Positions 10,914-22,419 of a DNA stretch of 64,000 bases are shown piece after piece; position 1 is the first letter of the stretch; the number at the start of each line of letters is the position of its first letter. The notes beneath the pieces were generated by a model. The model was not told the DNA's origin. It ran no database searches and worked only from the letters and a program-made list of their open reading frames with translations. The stretch lies in contig CANFWH010000008.1 of assembly GCA_947450645.1 (NCBI GenBank), positions 689-64,688 of the forward strand. Direction: 5' to 3'. The translations under genes and the position numbers were made by a program. The DNA is from Comamonadaceae bacterium (GTDB lineage: Bacteria > Pseudomonadota > Gammaproteobacteria > Burkholderiales > Burkholderiaceae_C).

Positions 10914-11897
10914 ATGCGAAAAACTAACGCTTTGATTGATGTGCTTGATCGTTCGCACCCCGCTCAGCGTCGTGCTGTCGCCAAAGCCATAACGCTTTTG
11001 GAGTCTACCCGCGCCGATCATCGCGCCGAGGCGGATGCGTTGCTCACGCAGCTTTTGCCGCATACGGGCAAATCATTTCGTCTTGGCATTAGCGGTGTGC
11101 CAGGTGTCGGCAAATCGACGTTTATTGAAGTGATGGGCTTGTATTTGATTGGCCTTGGGCATCGCGTGGCGGTGCTGGCGGTTGATCCTTCCAGCACGGT
11201 GTCGGGCGGCTCTATCTTGGGTGACAAAACTCGGATGGAAATGCTATCTGTGAACGAGAACGCCTACATCCGTCCAAGCCCCAGCAGCGGACTGCTTGGC
11301 GGCGTTGCATCACACACGCGCGAGGCCATGTTGGTCTGCGAAGCGGCGGGCTACGACGTGGTGATTGTGGAGACCGTGGGTGTGGGGCAAAGCGAAGTGG
11401 CGGTTGCCAGCATGACCGATATGTTTGTGCTGATGCAGCTCCCCAATGCTGGCGACGATTTGCAAGCGATTAAAAAAGGTGTGATGGAGCTGGCCGATTT
11501 AGTGGTGATTAATAAAGCCGACATTGACAGCTCGGCATCCACAAGAGCCGAAGCGCAAATCACCAGTAGCCTCAGGGCTTATGGTCGCCACGCACCCAAG
11601 TCCGAATGGAACCCAGAAGTCATGCAAATGAGCGCCTTGCAAAGTATTGGCATTGATGGTTTTTGGGAGCGCGTACAGAAGTACCAAACGCTGCAAACAA
11701 AAAACGGCAAATTGGCTGCAAGGCGTGAATCGCAAGCCTTAGCTTGGATGTGGGAGCAAATCCACGACGGCCTTAAGCAACAATTTTTTGAACATGCAAA
11801 TGTGAAAACGGAGTTACCACTGCTAACTAAGCAAGTGGCTGCTGGCCAAATGGCTGCATCCACAGCGGCGCGACGGTTACTCGGGTTAGTCGGTTAG
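10914..11897 (+). CDS. meaB: Methylmalonyl-CoA mutase-associated GTPase MeaB (ArgK)
   Basis: P-loop GVPGVGKST, ETVGVGQSE, and NKAD motifs. Located in the mutase operon. Confidence 0.95.
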   Translation: MRKTNALIDVLDRSHPAQRRAVAKAITLLESTRADHRAEADALLTQLLPHTGKSFRLGISGVPGVGKSTFIEVMGLYLIGLGHRVAVLAVDPSSTVSGGSILGDKTRMEMLSVNENAYIRPSPSSGLLGGVASHTREAMLVCEAAGYDVVIVETVGVGQSEVAVASMTDMFVLMQLPNAGDDLQAIKKGVMELADLVVINKADIDSSASTRAEAQITSSLRAYGRHAPKSEWNPEVMQMSALQSIGIDGFWERVQKYQTLQTKNGKLAARRESQALAWMWEQIHDGLKQQFFEHANVKTELPLLTKQVAAGQMAASTAARRLLGLVG

Positions 11898-11921
11898 TTA
11901 GTTAAATATCAAGGTGAATAA

Positions 11922-13454
11922 ATGCAAAACATATTAGATCAATTAGAAGCAAAACGCGCTGCAGCCCGCATGGGTGGGGGTGCCAAGCGTATCGCCTCGC
12001 AACACAGCAAAGGCAAACTGACGGCGCGTGAGCGCTTAGAAGTACTGCTGGACGAAGGCACATTTGAAGAATGGGACATGTTTGTTGAGCACCGCTGCGT
12101 TGACTTTGACATGCAAGGCAACAAAATTCCAGGCGATGGCGTCGTCACGGGCTACGGCATGATTAATGGGCGTCTGGTGTTTGTCTATAGCCAAGACTTC
12201 ACGGTGTTTGGTGGCGCTTTATCGGAGACACACGCCGAGAAAATTTGCAAAATCATGGATCAAGCCATGAAGGTCGGTGCGCCAGTGATTGGCCTGAACG
12301 ACTCAGGCGGCGCACGTATTCAAGAAGGCGTGGCAAGTCTTGGTGGCTACGCCGATATTTTCCAAAAGAACATGCTGGCTAGCGGCGTGATTCCGCAGAT
12401 TAGTCTCATCATGGGGCCCTCGGCAGGTGGTGCGGTGTATAGCCCCGCGATTACCGACTTCATTTTTATGGTGAAAGATTCGAGCTACATGTTCGTCACG
12501 GGTCCCGAGGTGGTGAAGACCGTGACGCATGAAGAAGTAACGGCAGAAGAGCTAGGCGGCGCAATCACGCACACCACTAAATCGGGTGTGGCAGATTTGG
12601 CATTTGAAAACGATGTTGAGGCGCTCCTCATGCTGCGTCGTCTCTACAACTACTTGCCGTTGTCTAACCGCGAGAAAGCACCTGTGCGCCCAAGTGGCGA
12701 TCCTTCGGGGCGTATGGACATGAGCCTTGATACGTTGGTGCCTGATAACCCAAACAAGCCCTATGACATGAAGGAGCTGATTACTAAGACGGTGGACGAT
12801 GGTGATTTCTTTGAAATCCAACCCGAGTATGCGAAGAACATCGTCATTGGATTCGCCCGCATGGAAGGTCAAACCGTGGGCATCGTGGCGAATCAACCGC
12901 TGGTGCTCGCAGGCTGCTTGGATATTAAATCCAGCATCAAAGCCGCACGCTTCATTCGCTTTTGCGATGCGTTCAATATCCCCGTCATCACCTTCGTTGA
13001 TGTGCCGGGCTTTATGCCTGGGACAAGCCAAGAGCTAGGCGGCATCATCAAACACGGCGCGAAGTTGCTCTACGCCTATGCTGAATGCACCGTACCAAAA
13101 ATCACCGTCATTACGCGCAAAGCCTACGGCGGTGCGTATGACGTGATGGCCTCTAAGCATTTGCGCGGCGACGTCAACTTTGCATGGCCCCATGCCGAAA
13201 TTGCCGTAATGGGCGCAAAGGGCGCAGTCGAGATCATCTTCCGCGAAGACAAAGGCGATCCAGAAAAGCTAGCCGCTAAAGAGGCCGAATACAAAGCCAG
13301 ATTCGCCAACCCCTTTGTGGCTGGGGCTCGCGGCTTCATTGACGATGTGATCTTGCCGCACGAAACCCGCAAACGGATTTGCCGAAGCTTGGTCATGCTG
13401 AAAGACAAAAAGCTAGAGAACCCATGGCGCAAGCACGGGAACATTCCGCTTTAA
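11922..13454 (+). CDS. pccB: Propionyl-CoA carboxylase beta subunit (carboxyltransferase)
   Basis: 510 aa carboxyltransferase of the acyl-CoA carboxylase family (GKLTARERL ... [10 protein letters not shown] ... RKAYGGAY). Confidence 0.9.
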   Translation: MQNILDQLEAKRAAARMGGGAKRIASQHSKGKLTARERLEVLLDEGTFEEWDMFVEHRCVDFDMQGNKIPGDGVVTGYGMINGRLVFVYSQDFTVFGGALSETHAEKICKIMDQAMKVGAPVIGLNDSGGARIQEGVASLGGYADIFQKNMLASGVIPQISLIMGPSAGGAVYSPAITDFIFMVKDSSYMFVTGPEVVKTVTHEEVTAEELGGAITHTTKSGVADLAFENDVEALLMLRRLYNYLPLSNREKAPVRPSGDPSGRMDMSLDTLVPDNPNKPYDMKELITKTVDDGDFFEIQPEYAKNIVIGFARMEGQTVGIVANQPLVLAGCLDIKSSIKAARFIRFCDAFNIPVITFVDVPGFMPGTSQELGGIIKHGAKLLYAYAECTVPKITVITRKAYGGAYDVMASKHLRGDVNFAWPHAEIAVMGAKGAVEIIFREDKGDPEKLAAKEAEYKARFANPFVAGARGFIDDVILPHETRKRICRSLVMLKDKKLENPWRKHGNIPL

Positions 13455-13485
13455 ATCTACAGACAACAAGAACGAGAAAAAGATC

Positions 13486-15534
13486 ATGTTTAAAAAAATC
13501 CTCATAGCCAATCGCGGCGAAATCGCTTGCCGTGTCATTACCACTGCCCGCAAGATGGGCATCAAAACCGTTGCGGTGTACTCCGAAGCCGACGCCAATG
13601 CGCGGCATGTGTCCTTGGCTGACGAGGCCGTGTGCATTGGCGCTGCGCCTTCGCGTGAGTCGTACTTGGTTGCTGACAAAATCATTGCAGCTTGCAAAGC
13701 TACAGGTGCTGAGGCTGTGCACCCGGGTTACGGCTTTTTGTCTGAGAACTCAGGCTTTGCCAAGCGCGTGGAAGAAGAGGGCATCGTGTTTATTGGCCCC
13801 AAGCACCACTCGATTGCCGCAATGGGCGACAAGATTGAATCTAAAAAATTGGCGGGCAAGGCCGGCGTGAACTGCATTCCAGGTGTGAACGATGCAATTG
13901 AAACGCCCGAACGCGCTGTAGAAATTGCCAAAGGCATTGGCTACCCCGTGATGATTAAAGCCTCGGCAGGTGGCGGTGGTAAAGGGCTGCGCGTGGCCTT
14001 TAATGACAAAGAGGCGCTCGAGGGCTTTACCTCTTGCCGTAACGAAGCACGCAATAGCTTTGGTGATGACCGCGTGTTCATTGAAAAATTTGTTGAAGAG
14101 CCGCGTCACATCGAAATTCAATTAGTGGGCGATAGTTTTGGCAATGTGATTTATTTGAATGAGCGTGAGTGCTCGATTCAACGCCGTCACCAAAAGGTGA
14201 TTGAAGAAGCGCCGTCACCATTCATCTCTGACGCGACGCGCAAAGCCATGGGTGAGCAAGCCGTGGCGCTTGCTAAAGCGGTGAAGTACCAAAGCGCAGG
14301 CACGGTGGAGTTTGTGGTCGGCAAGGACCAGTCGTTTTACTTTTTAGAGATGAATACGCGCTTGCAAGTCGAGCATCCCGTGACCGAGTGCATCACAGGA
14401 CTCGACTTGGTGGAACTCATGATTCGCGTGGCAGCAGGCGAAAAATTACCGTTGACACAAGCCGAAGTCAAGCGTGACGGCTGGGCAATTGAGTGCCGCA
14501 TCAATGCCGAAGATCCTTTCCGTAACTTTTTGCCATCGACGGGGCGTTTGGTGCGCTTTGTTCCTCCAGCAACCACCATGACGGCATCGGACATTGACCA
14601 TTTGCACGGCGTGCGTGTGGATACGGGTGTGATGGATGGCGGTGAAATTCCGATGTTCTATGACTCGATGATTGCCAAGCTGATCGTGCACGGCAAAGAC
14701 CGTGCCGAGGCGATTGCCAAAATGCGCGAGGCACTCAACAGCTTTGTCATTCGCGGGGTTAGCTCGAACATTCCGTTTCAAGCGGCGCTTTTGGCGCATC
14801 CTAAATTTGCGACGGGTGATTTCAATACGGGCTTTATAGCAGAGCACTACGGCAAGGGCTTTGCAGCAGAAGACGTGCCGCATGACAACCCTAATTTCTT
14901 GGTCGCTCTTGCGGCATTCGTGCGCCGCAAATCACGCGCTCGCACGCAAGGCATGAGCGGACAACTGGATGGCTACAACGTGGCGGTTGGGCAAGATTAC
15001 GCCGTGGTCGTTTTGGATAAAGATGGCAAGCACAACTACAAGCAAGTGCATGTGGATGATGCGCTAGGGCAAACATGGGCGGCAACGGTCACGGTGGATG
15101 GTAAGCCATTCGCTATCGTCAGCCATTCGCGCTTAAACGACATTGTGATTGAAGGAACGGTCAATGGAAAAACCTTCGCAGCCCAAGTAGAACGTGGCAC
15201 AGCGAAGAATCCACTCGCACTGCGCGTGCAGCACAACGGCACGCAAATCGAGTGCTTGGTGATGTCACCGCGCATGGCCGAACTGCACCAACTCATGCCA
15301 CACAAAGCCCCGCCAGATATGAGCCGCTACGTGCTCTCGCCCATGCCAGGCTTGTTGGTTGATGTAGCTGTCACAGTGGGGCAAAAAGTTCAAGCAGGCG
15401 AACGCGTCGCCGTCATTGAAGCCATGAAGATGGAGAACGTACTGTTTGCCACGGCAGATGGTGTTGTCGGCAAGGTGTTGGCAGTAAAGGGCGAGAGCTT
15501 GAGCGTCGATCAAGCGATTGTGGAGTTTGTATGA
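13486..15534 (+). CDS. pccA: Propionyl-CoA carboxylase alpha subunit (biotin carboxylase plus BCCP domain)
   Basis: 682 aa. Biotin carboxylase N-terminus ([16 protein letters not shown]), an ATP-grasp domain, and a C-terminal biotinyl motif EAMKME. Confidence 0.9.
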   Translation: MFKKILIANRGEIACRVITTARKMGIKTVAVYSEADANARHVSLADEAVCIGAAPSRESYLVADKIIAACKATGAEAVHPGYGFLSENSGFAKRVEEEGIVFIGPKHHSIAAMGDKIESKKLAGKAGVNCIPGVNDAIETPERAVEIAKGIGYPVMIKASAGGGGKGLRVAFNDKEALEGFTSCRNEARNSFGDDRVFIEKFVEEPRHIEIQLVGDSFGNVIYLNERECSIQRRHQKVIEEAPSPFISDATRKAMGEQAVALAKAVKYQSAGTVEFVVGKDQSFYFLEMNTRLQVEHPVTECITGLDLVELMIRVAAGEKLPLTQAEVKRDGWAIECRINAEDPFRNFLPSTGRLVRFVPPATTMTASDIDHLHGVRVDTGVMDGGEIPMFYDSMIAKLIVHGKDRAEAIAKMREALNSFVIRGVSSNIPFQAALLAHPKFATGDFNTGFIAEHYGKGFAAEDVPHDNPNFLVALAAFVRRKSRARTQGMSGQLDGYNVAVGQDYAVVVLDKDGKHNYKQVHVDDALGQTWAATVTVDGKPFAIVSHSRLNDIVIEGTVNGKTFAAQVERGTAKNPLALRVQHNGTQIECLVMSPRMAELHQLMPHKAPPDMSRYVLSPMPGLLVDVAVTVGQKVQAGERVAVIEAMKMENVLFATADGVVGKVLAVKGESLSVDQAIVEFV

Positions 15535-16004
15535 GCGTCAGTGCTAGTCGCCCCTTTAAAGTCCTAGGTATCCAACAAATCGCCATTGGCGGCACAAGTA
15601 AAACCAAATTGCGCGAGCTGTGGGTCGATATGCTGGGCTTAGAAGTCACGGGCAACTTTAAAAGCGAGCGTGAGAACGTGGACGAAGACATCTGCGCGAT
15701 GGGCTCGGGCGCGTTTAAGGTTGAAGTTGATTTGATGCAGCCGATGGATCCAAATGGCAAACCTGCCGTTCACACCACGCCGCTCAATCACGTGGGGCTA
15801 TGGATTGACGACTTGCCCAAAGCCGTGGAATGGCTGACTGCCAAGGGTGTACGCTTCGCGCCAGGCGGTATCCGCAAAGGCGCAGCGGGCTATGACATTA
15901 CGTTTTTGCACCCTAAATCGAATGGCGAATTTCCGATTGCGGGTGAGGGGGTCTTGATTGAACTGGTGCAAGCCCCTAGCGATGTGATTGCAGCGCTGCG
16001 CTAA
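15531..16004 (+). CDS. mce: Methylmalonyl-CoA epimerase (VOC/glyoxalase fold)
   Basis: 157 aa VOC-fold protein. It overlaps the pccA stop by 4 nt and is the last gene of the pathway operon. Confidence 0.75.
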   Translation: MSVSASRPFKVLGIQQIAIGGTSKTKLRELWVDMLGLEVTGNFKSERENVDEDICAMGSGAFKVEVDLMQPMDPNGKPAVHTTPLNHVGLWIDDLPKAVEWLTAKGVRFAPGGIRKGAAGYDITFLHPKSNGEFPIAGEGVLIELVQAPSDVIAALR

Positions 16005-16375
16005 TCGTTTTCGATCAAAAACGCTCCGACCACATGCCGATCCTCGCCTGCGAGGATGTTGTAAGTACGGCACGCGGCTGGCGTGTCCATGGTTTCTACG
16101 CCTATGCGCGCCTGCATCAAAGCAGCAATCAGTTTGGGATGCGGAAATCGAATCTTTGCGCCGCTGCCAAAAATAATCAATTCTGGTTTGCTCTCGCCAA
16201 GGCGCTCGAAGTGCTCAGCCGTCAAGTCTTCGAAGCTGGCAGCTTGCCAATCAAAGCGTTCGCCGTGCGAGCCTAAAACGAGGCTTTTTTCGATGCGTTC
16301 CGCGCCAATGTGGATGCCGCCTGCGTCATAGGCGGTAATCAAGGTGGCGTTGGTTTTTTCGGGTTGGAATTTCAT
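16001..16375 (-). CDS. Mth938-like / DUF498 domain protein
   Basis: 124 aa. The pattern ([14 protein letters not shown] ... [17 protein letters not shown]) is typical of the Mth938/NDUFAF3-like family. It converges on mce with a 4-nt overlap. Confidence 0.7.
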   Translation of the reverse strand: MKFQPEKTNATLITAYDAGGIHIGAERIEKSLVLGSHGERFDWQAASFEDLTAEHFERLGESKPELIIFGSGAKIRFPHPKLIAALMQARIGVETMDTPAACRTYNILAGEDRHVVGAFLIEND

Positions 16376-16421
16376 GGGGCTATCTTACAATCACCTGTTA
16401 GCTAATCTCTAAACGTCTCCT

Positions 16422-17648
16422 ATGAAAACCATTCAAAAATCGACCAAACTTCAAAACGTCTGTTACGACATTCGCGGCCCTGTGATGGACGCGGCCAAAA
16501 AGATGGAAGACGAAGGGCACGCGATCATCAAACTCAACATCGGTAACGTAGGCGCTTTTGGCTTTGACGCGCCTGAAGAAGTGCGTCAAGACATGATTCG
16601 TAATTTGCTTGGCGCTGCGGCGTATTCGGACAGCAAAGGCATTTTTTCGGCTCGCAAAGCGGTGATGCAGTACTCGCAAGAGCAGGGTGTCAAAGGCGTG
16701 ACGTTAGAGGACATTTACATTGGTAACGGCGCGTCCGAGCTGATCGTGATGTCGGTCAATGCGCTCATGAATGACGGCGATGAAATGCTGGTCCCTGCAC
16801 CCGACTATCCGCTATGGACGGCTGCTGTCAGCCTCTCGGGTGGCAATCCTGTTCATTACGTCTGCGACGAAGCGAATGGCTGGATGCCCAATTTAGAGGA
16901 TATCCGCGCCAAGATCACGCCTCGTACCAAGGGCATCGTCGTCATCAATCCCAACAACCCGACGGGCGCTTTGTACTCGGATGAGATGCTGGTCTCGCTG
17001 ATTCAAATAGCCCGTGAGCATGGCCTCATCATTTTTGCCGACGAGGTGTACGACAAGGTGCTATACGACGACGCGAAGCACACGGCCATTGGTTCGCTCT
17101 CTACCGATGTGCTGACACTCACGTTTAACTCGATGAGCAAGAGCTATCGCGCCTGCGGCTACCGCGCGGGTTGGCTGGTGGTATCGGGCGATAAGCGCGG
17201 TGCGAAGGATTACATCGAGGGGCTGAACATGCTGACCTCGATGCGGCTATGCGCCAACGTGCCGGGCCAAATGGGTATTCAAACGGCGCTGGGCGGCTAT
17301 CAAAGCATCAAAGATTTGGTGAGTGTTGGCGGGCGTTTGCGCCGTCAGCGCGACATTGCGTATGAGTTGATTACCGCCATTCCTGGGGTGACCTGCAATA
17401 AACCCAGCGCGGCGATGTACATGTTCCCCAAGCTCGATCCTGTGATGTACCCGATTAAGGATGACCAAGAATTTATCCACGAATTGTTGACAGAAACCAA
17501 GGTGCTCTTGGTGCAAGGCACGGGATTTAACTGGATTGATAACAATCACTTCCGCATTGTGTTTTTGCCGCACGAAGACGACCTGCGCGAAGCGATTACG
17601 CGCATTGCTAAGTTCTTAGAGAGCTACCGCAAACGCCACGCCAAATAA
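16422..17648 (+). CDS. PLP-dependent aminotransferase, AlaA/YfbQ-like (class I)
   Basis: 408 aa. N-terminus KLQNVCYDIRGPV ... IKLNIGN, and the PLP-lysine region SMSKSYRACGYRAGW. Confidence 0.85.
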   Translation: MKTIQKSTKLQNVCYDIRGPVMDAAKKMEDEGHAIIKLNIGNVGAFGFDAPEEVRQDMIRNLLGAAAYSDSKGIFSARKAVMQYSQEQGVKGVTLEDIYIGNGASELIVMSVNALMNDGDEMLVPAPDYPLWTAAVSLSGGNPVHYVCDEANGWMPNLEDIRAKITPRTKGIVVINPNNPTGALYSDEMLVSLIQIAREHGLIIFADEVYDKVLYDDAKHTAIGSLSTDVLTLTFNSMSKSYRACGYRAGWLVVSGDKRGAKDYIEGLNMLTSMRLCANVPGQMGIQTALGGYQSIKDLVSVGGRLRRQRDIAYELITAIPGVTCNKPSAAMYMFPKLDPVMYPIKDDQEFIHELLTETKVLLVQGTGFNWIDNNHFRIVFLPHEDDLREAITRIAKFLESYRKRHAK

Positions 17649-17670
17649 AAATAAAAGAAAGAAAAGAAGA

Positions 17671-18990
17671 ATGAAAGCATTGAAAGTTGGACTCCTTGGC
17701 ATCGGCACAGTTGGCAGCGGTGTGTTTACGGTTTTGACGCGTAATCAAGAAGAGATTGTGCGTCGCACAGGACGCGGGATTGAGATCAGCATGGTCGCTG
17801 ACCTAGACACAGCAAGGGCTAGCGCCGTGGTGGGTAATGCAGCAACAGTGGTGAACGACGCTCGCGCTGTGATTGCCAATCCTGAGATTGATGTTGTCAT
17901 CGAACTCATCGGCGGCTACGGAATCGCCAAAATCTTGGTGCTGGAAGCCATTGCCGCTGGCAAGCACGTGGTCACAGCCAATAAGGCTTTGCTGGCTGTG
18001 CATGGCGACGAAATTTTTGGTGCTGCTGCTAAGGCACGCAATGGTCAAGGTGTGATGGTGCTGTTTGAGGCGGCTGTTGCTGGCGGTATCCCCATCATCA
18101 AAACCCTGCGCGAAGGTTTGACGGCGAATCGCATTCAGTGGGTGGCAGGCATCATCAATGGCACGACTAATTTCATCTTGTCCGAGATGCGTGACAAGGG
18201 ACTCGACTTTGCCACTGTGCTCAAAGAAGCGCAGCGCCTTGGCTACGCCGAAACCGACCCGACTTTCGATATCGAAGGTGTGGATGCAGCGCACAAGGTG
18301 ACGCTTATGTCGGCGATGGCGTTTGGCATTCCCGTGCAGTTTGACAAAGCCTATGTGGAAGGCATCACCAAGCTGGGCGCAGAAGACATCAAGTACGCGG
18401 AGCAACTCGGCTATCGCATCAAGCTACTCGGTATTTCTAAGCGTGTGGAGAGCGGGATTGAGCTACGCGTTCATCCAACGCTCATTCCAACCAAGCGTTT
18501 GATCGCCAACGTAGAAGGCGCGATGAACGCCGTGATGGTGCAGGGCGATGCCGTCGGCACGACTCTTTACTACGGCAAGGGTGCAGGCTCCGAGCCCACA
18601 GCCAGCGCCGTGGTCGCAGACCTTGTGGATATTGCCCGCATGACAGGCCATGCTTCGCAAGCCGTACCGGTATTGGCTTTCCAGCCTGCCAGTGTGCAAG
18701 CTGCACCGATTTTGCCGATTGGACAAGTCGTCACCAGCTTTTATTTGCGCATGCGCGTCTCGGACGAAGCGGGCGTGCTCGCAAAAGTTACAGGCATTTT
18801 GGCCGAAGCAGGCATCAGCATCGACGCGCTCATTCAGCATGAAGCCAAAGATGGTGAGAGCCAAACCGATCTGATCATTTTGACGCACGATTGCGTGGAA
18901 GCCACGATGGACGGGGCTTTGAGCAAGGTGGAAGCGTTGTCTAGTGTGCTAGGCCGTGTTGTAAAAATTCGTAAGGAAGAACTTGCTTAA
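17671..18990 (+). CDS. hom: Homoserine dehydrogenase
   Basis: 439 aa. N-terminal Rossmann GLLGIGTVGSGV, a catalytic domain, and a C-terminal ACT domain. Confidence 0.95.
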   Translation: MKALKVGLLGIGTVGSGVFTVLTRNQEEIVRRTGRGIEISMVADLDTARASAVVGNAATVVNDARAVIANPEIDVVIELIGGYGIAKILVLEAIAAGKHVVTANKALLAVHGDEIFGAAAKARNGQGVMVLFEAAVAGGIPIIKTLREGLTANRIQWVAGIINGTTNFILSEMRDKGLDFATVLKEAQRLGYAETDPTFDIEGVDAAHKVTLMSAMAFGIPVQFDKAYVEGITKLGAEDIKYAEQLGYRIKLLGISKRVESGIELRVHPTLIPTKRLIANVEGAMNAVMVQGDAVGTTLYYGKGAGSEPTASAVVADLVDIARMTGHASQAVPVLAFQPASVQAAPILPIGQVVTSFYLRMRVSDEAGVLAKVTGILAEAGISIDALIQHEAKDGESQTDLIILTHDCVEATMDGALSKVEALSSVLGRVVKIRKEELA

Positions 18991-19717
18991 GCCAACCTTT
19001 GTTCTCGTTCACGGCTCATGGCATGGCGCTTGGTGCTGGTCGCGTGTGCTTCCGCTTTTGCGTAGCGCGGGTTATGCGGCGCATGCCGTCACGCTCACAG
19101 GTGTGGGCGAACGGGCGCATTTGCTTTCGAACGAGATCAACCTCACCACGCACGTGAGCGATGTGCTGGGGCTGATTGAGGCTGAAGAACTCACCAACAT
19201 CGTGCTGGTTGGGCATAGCTACGGAGGCCGTGTGATTACGGGCGTTGCGGACGCATTGCTGAATGCGGGCAAGGTCAATTTGCAGCACATCGTGTACTTG
19301 GACGCCGTCGTACCCAAGAGCGGCGAGAGTTGGTCAAGCACGCATGTGCCTGAGGTGATTACTGCTCGCACTCAAGCGGCCAAAGATTTTGGTAAGTTGC
19401 ATGGCGTGGATGCTTTTCCGCCACCAGACGCTTTTGTGTTTGGACTCACGGGCGATGATGCAGCTTGGGTCAATCGTCGCCAAACGCCGCAGCCGCTGGG
19501 CGTGTATTTGGATGGACAGTCCTTTGACGAGCCACGTCTAGCAAGGCTTGCCAGAACATTTATCAATTGCAATAGCCCTGCTTTAGCGACGATTGAAGTC
19601 TCACGCGAACGTGTGCGAAGCGACAAATCTTGGCAATGGGTAGAGATGGCCTGCGGTCATGATGCGATGGTGAGTCATGCTCCCGAGTTGGCTAAGAATT
19701 TATTGAAGTGCGTTTAA
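18983..19717 (+). CDS. Alpha/beta-fold hydrolase (esterase-like)
   Basis: 244 aa. FVLVHGSWHGAWCW, the nucleophile elbow VGHSYGG, and a C-terminal CGHDAMVSHP histidine. The TTG start overlaps the hom stop by 8 nt. Confidence 0.7.
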   Translation: MLKPTFVLVHGSWHGAWCWSRVLPLLRSAGYAAHAVTLTGVGERAHLLSNEINLTTHVSDVLGLIEAEELTNIVLVGHSYGGRVITGVADALLNAGKVNLQHIVYLDAVVPKSGESWSSTHVPEVITARTQAAKDFGKLHGVDAFPPPDAFVFGLTGDDAAWVNRRQTPQPLGVYLDGQSFDEPRLARLARTFINCNSPALATIEVSRERVRSDKSWQWVEMACGHDAMVSHAPELAKNLLKCV

Positions 19718-19721
19718 ATTT

Positions 19722-21167
19722 ATGAAATACTTATCGACTCGCGGCTACCCTGATCGCAAACAGTTTTGTGAAATTTTGCTCGAAGGTCTCGCGCCTGATG
19801 GCGGTTTGTATTTGCCCGAAAGCTATCCAAAGTTCACGACTAATGACCTCGCCAACCTGCGCCGCATTTGGAGCGAGAAGGGCTACGCTGATTTGGCGTT
19901 TGCGATTTTGTCGCTGTACATCGACGACATTCCAAGTGCTGACCTCTTGGCGCTGTGCCGCAAGACCTACACCGAACAGGTGTACGGAACGAGGGACATC
20001 GTGCCGCTCAAGCAATTGGACGATGGCTTTTATTTAGAAGCGTTATCAAACGGCCCGACGCTGGCGTTTAAAGACATGGCGATGCAGTTGCTCGGCAATC
20101 TGTTTGAGTATGAATTAGCAAGGCGCGGCGAGACGCTCAACATTTTTGGCGCAACCAGTGGTGACACGGGTTCGGCAGCTGAATACGCCATGCGTGGCAA
20201 GCGCGGAGTTCGCGTGTTTATGACTTCGCCCGCTGGCCGCATGAGCCCGTTTCAACAAGCGCAAATGTTTAGCTTGATGGACGAGAACATCCATAACATC
20301 GCGATTGAGGGCGTGTTTGACGACTGTCAAGATTTGGTGAAGGCCGTGAGCAATGACGCAGCATTCAAGGCTAAATACAAAATCGGAACTGTCAATTCCA
20401 TCAACTGGGCGCGGTTACTCGCGCAAGTGGTTTATTACTTTGCGGGCTACTTTCAGGCAACCAGCAAAGACGATCAAAAGGTCTCCTTCTGTGTGCCATC
20501 AGGTAACTTTGGCAATGTCTGCGCGGGTCATGTGGCGCGGATGATGGGCTTGCCAATTGAAACCCTCGTTGTCGCCACAAACGAAAACGACGTGCTGGAT
20601 GAGTTCTTCAAAACGGGCGTGTACCGCGTACGCGGAACCGTAGATACACACGAGACATCCAGCCCGTCGATGGACATCAGCAAGGCCAGTAACTTTGAAC
20701 GTTTTGTGTTTGACATGCTTGGGCGTGATGGCGCACGCGTGAAGTCGCTTTTCGGTGAACAACTTAGCAAAACGGGGCAGTTTGATTTAAGCGCTGGCAT
20801 CGTTGCAGCCCGCATCCAGTATGGCTTCGCATCGGGTCGAAGCACGCACGGTGATCGTCTTGCCACGATCAAATCTACCTACGAATCGCATAGCGTGATG
20901 ATTGACACGCACACAGCGGATGGTGTGAAAGTGGCGCATGAATTTCTAGCAAAACATCCGAAGCCAAAAGATGCCGAGTCTGTGCCGATGATCGTTTTAG
21001 AAACCGCGCTGCCCATCAAATTTGCCAGCGCGATTGTGGAAGCACTCGGCGTTGAACCCACGCGTCCTGCGCAGTTTGAAGGCATTGAGGCACTGCCAAA
21101 GCGCGTGGTCAACATGCCTGCCGATGTGGCGGTCGTTAAAGCGTACATCGCTAAAGCTTGTGACTAG
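19722..21167 (+). CDS. thrC: Threonine synthase
   Basis: 481 aa long-form ThrC (MKYLSTRG ... PTLAFKDMAMQ ... ATSGDTGSAA). Confidence 0.95.
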   Translation: MKYLSTRGYPDRKQFCEILLEGLAPDGGLYLPESYPKFTTNDLANLRRIWSEKGYADLAFAILSLYIDDIPSADLLALCRKTYTEQVYGTRDIVPLKQLDDGFYLEALSNGPTLAFKDMAMQLLGNLFEYELARRGETLNIFGATSGDTGSAAEYAMRGKRGVRVFMTSPAGRMSPFQQAQMFSLMDENIHNIAIEGVFDDCQDLVKAVSNDAAFKAKYKIGTVNSINWARLLAQVVYYFAGYFQATSKDDQKVSFCVPSGNFGNVCAGHVARMMGLPIETLVVATNENDVLDEFFKTGVYRVRGTVDTHETSSPSMDISKASNFERFVFDMLGRDGARVKSLFGEQLSKTGQFDLSAGIVAARIQYGFASGRSTHGDRLATIKSTYESHSVMIDTHTADGVKVAHEFLAKHPKPKDAESVPMIVLETALPIKFASAIVEALGVEPTRPAQFEGIEALPKRVVNMPADVAVVKAYIAKACD

Positions 21168-22419
21168 ACCTCCGCTTCTCTCGTTGGACGACGCGCTGGC
21201 GCAATTGCTGGCAAGCGCCCGGCCGCTAGATCGCATGGAGTCTATTTCTACCTTTGATGCCGATGGTCGTGTCTTGGCCGAAGACGTGGTGTCCGAATTG
21301 CAAGTCCCTGCATTTGATAACTCCAGCATGGACGGCTATGCCGTGCGCTTGGCCGATTTAAAACAAGGCGATGCCACGCAAGCCTCATGGACATTGACTT
21401 GCAGCCTACGCGTGCCTGCAGGTCAATCTCCATCTGCCTTGCCAGAGGGGGAGGCTGCGAGAATTTTTACAGGCGCACCCATTCCGTTTGGCGCGGATGC
21501 GGTGGTGATGCAAGAGGATTGCGCCGACCTTGGTGATGGTCGCGTTCAAATCAAAGCACTGCCCGCCAAGGCACAGTGGATAAGGCGTGCGGGGGAGGAT
21601 GTTGAACGCGGCGCAGTTGTTTTGGCGCATGGTACGCGTCTCTCGCCAGCCGAATTAGGACTTGCCGCCAGTGTGGGCATGGCAAGCCTTCGGGTTGCTG
21701 CCAAGCCGCGTGTGGCGTTGTTTTCCACGGGTGATGAGCTGGTGATGCCAGGGACGGTTGCGCCAACGGACATGAAAGCGGGCAGCATTTACAACTCGAA
21801 CCGATTCTTTTTGCGAGCGCTGCTTGTGCGCATGGGCTGCGAAGTCACCGATCTTGGAATCGTTCCAGACGACAGAACGGCTACTGTGGAGGCCTTATCC
21901 CATGCGGCTTCCCAGCATGATTTGATTTTGACGAGCGGCGGTGTGTCAGTAGGTGAAGAAGATCACATCAAGCCTGCGGTGCAGCAATTGGGCGAGCTCA
22001 ATCTTTGGCAGATTGCGATGAAGCCAGGAAAACCGTTTGCGTTTGGAAAAATTAAATTAGGGTCAGATCCGCATTCTTTTGCTCATTTCGTAGGCCTACC
22101 TGGCAATCCCGTATCCAGCTTCGTCACATTTTTATTGCTTGTCCGTCCGCTGTTGCTCCAGCTGCAAGGCACAACCAGCGTGGCTTTGCAGCCCGTTCAA
22201 CTTCGCGCTGACTTCGATTGGCCACGTGCTGACAAGCGCCGTGAGTTTTTGCGCGTGCGCCGAAATAGCAATGGTGGACTCGATCTATTTCCTAATCAAA
22301 GCTCGGGCGTTTTAACGTCGGCCGTGTGGAGCGATGGCTTGGTAGACAACGCAGCCAATCAGACCATCAAGCGTGGTGACATAGTTTCATTCCTCTCGTT
22401 TGCGGAGTTTTTGACATGA
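21160..22419 (+). CDS. moeA: Molybdopterin molybdotransferase MoeA
   Basis: The MoeA motifs begin right after thrC (LSLDDAL ... FDNSSMDGYAV ... GGVSVGEEDH ... GLPGNPVS). I chose GTG 21160, which overlaps the thrC stop, because the ATG at 21022 would put 46 codons inside thrC. Confidence 0.85.
   Translation: MTRPPLLSLDDALAQLLASARPLDRMESISTFDADGRVLAEDVVSELQVPAFDNSSMDGYAVRLADLKQGDATQASWTLTCSLRVPAGQSPSALPEGEAARIFTGAPIPFGADAVVMQEDCADLGDGRVQIKALPAKAQWIRRAGEDVERGAVVLAHGTRLSPAELGLAASVGMASLRVAAKPRVALFSTGDELVMPGTVAPTDMKAGSIYNSNRFFLRALLVRMGCEVTDLGIVPDDRTATVEALSHAASQHDLILTSGGVSVGEEDHIKPAVQQLGELNLWQIAMKPGKPFAFGKIKLGSDPHSFAHFVGLPGNPVSSFVTFLLLVRPLLLQLQGTTSVALQPVQLRADFDWPRADKRREFLRVRRNSNGGLDLFPNQSSGVLTSAVWSDGLVDNAANQTIKRGDIVSFLSFAEFLT

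Noticed and set aside
21022-21159. N-terminal extension of the moeA ORF (and similar extensions at 24472-24576, 28140-28181, 46912-46947, 48244-48270 and 52254-52277)
   Set aside because: These extensions overlap the 3' end of the preceding gene or the start of a divergent gene. They carry no conserved residues, and the family N-termini begin at the downstream starts used here.
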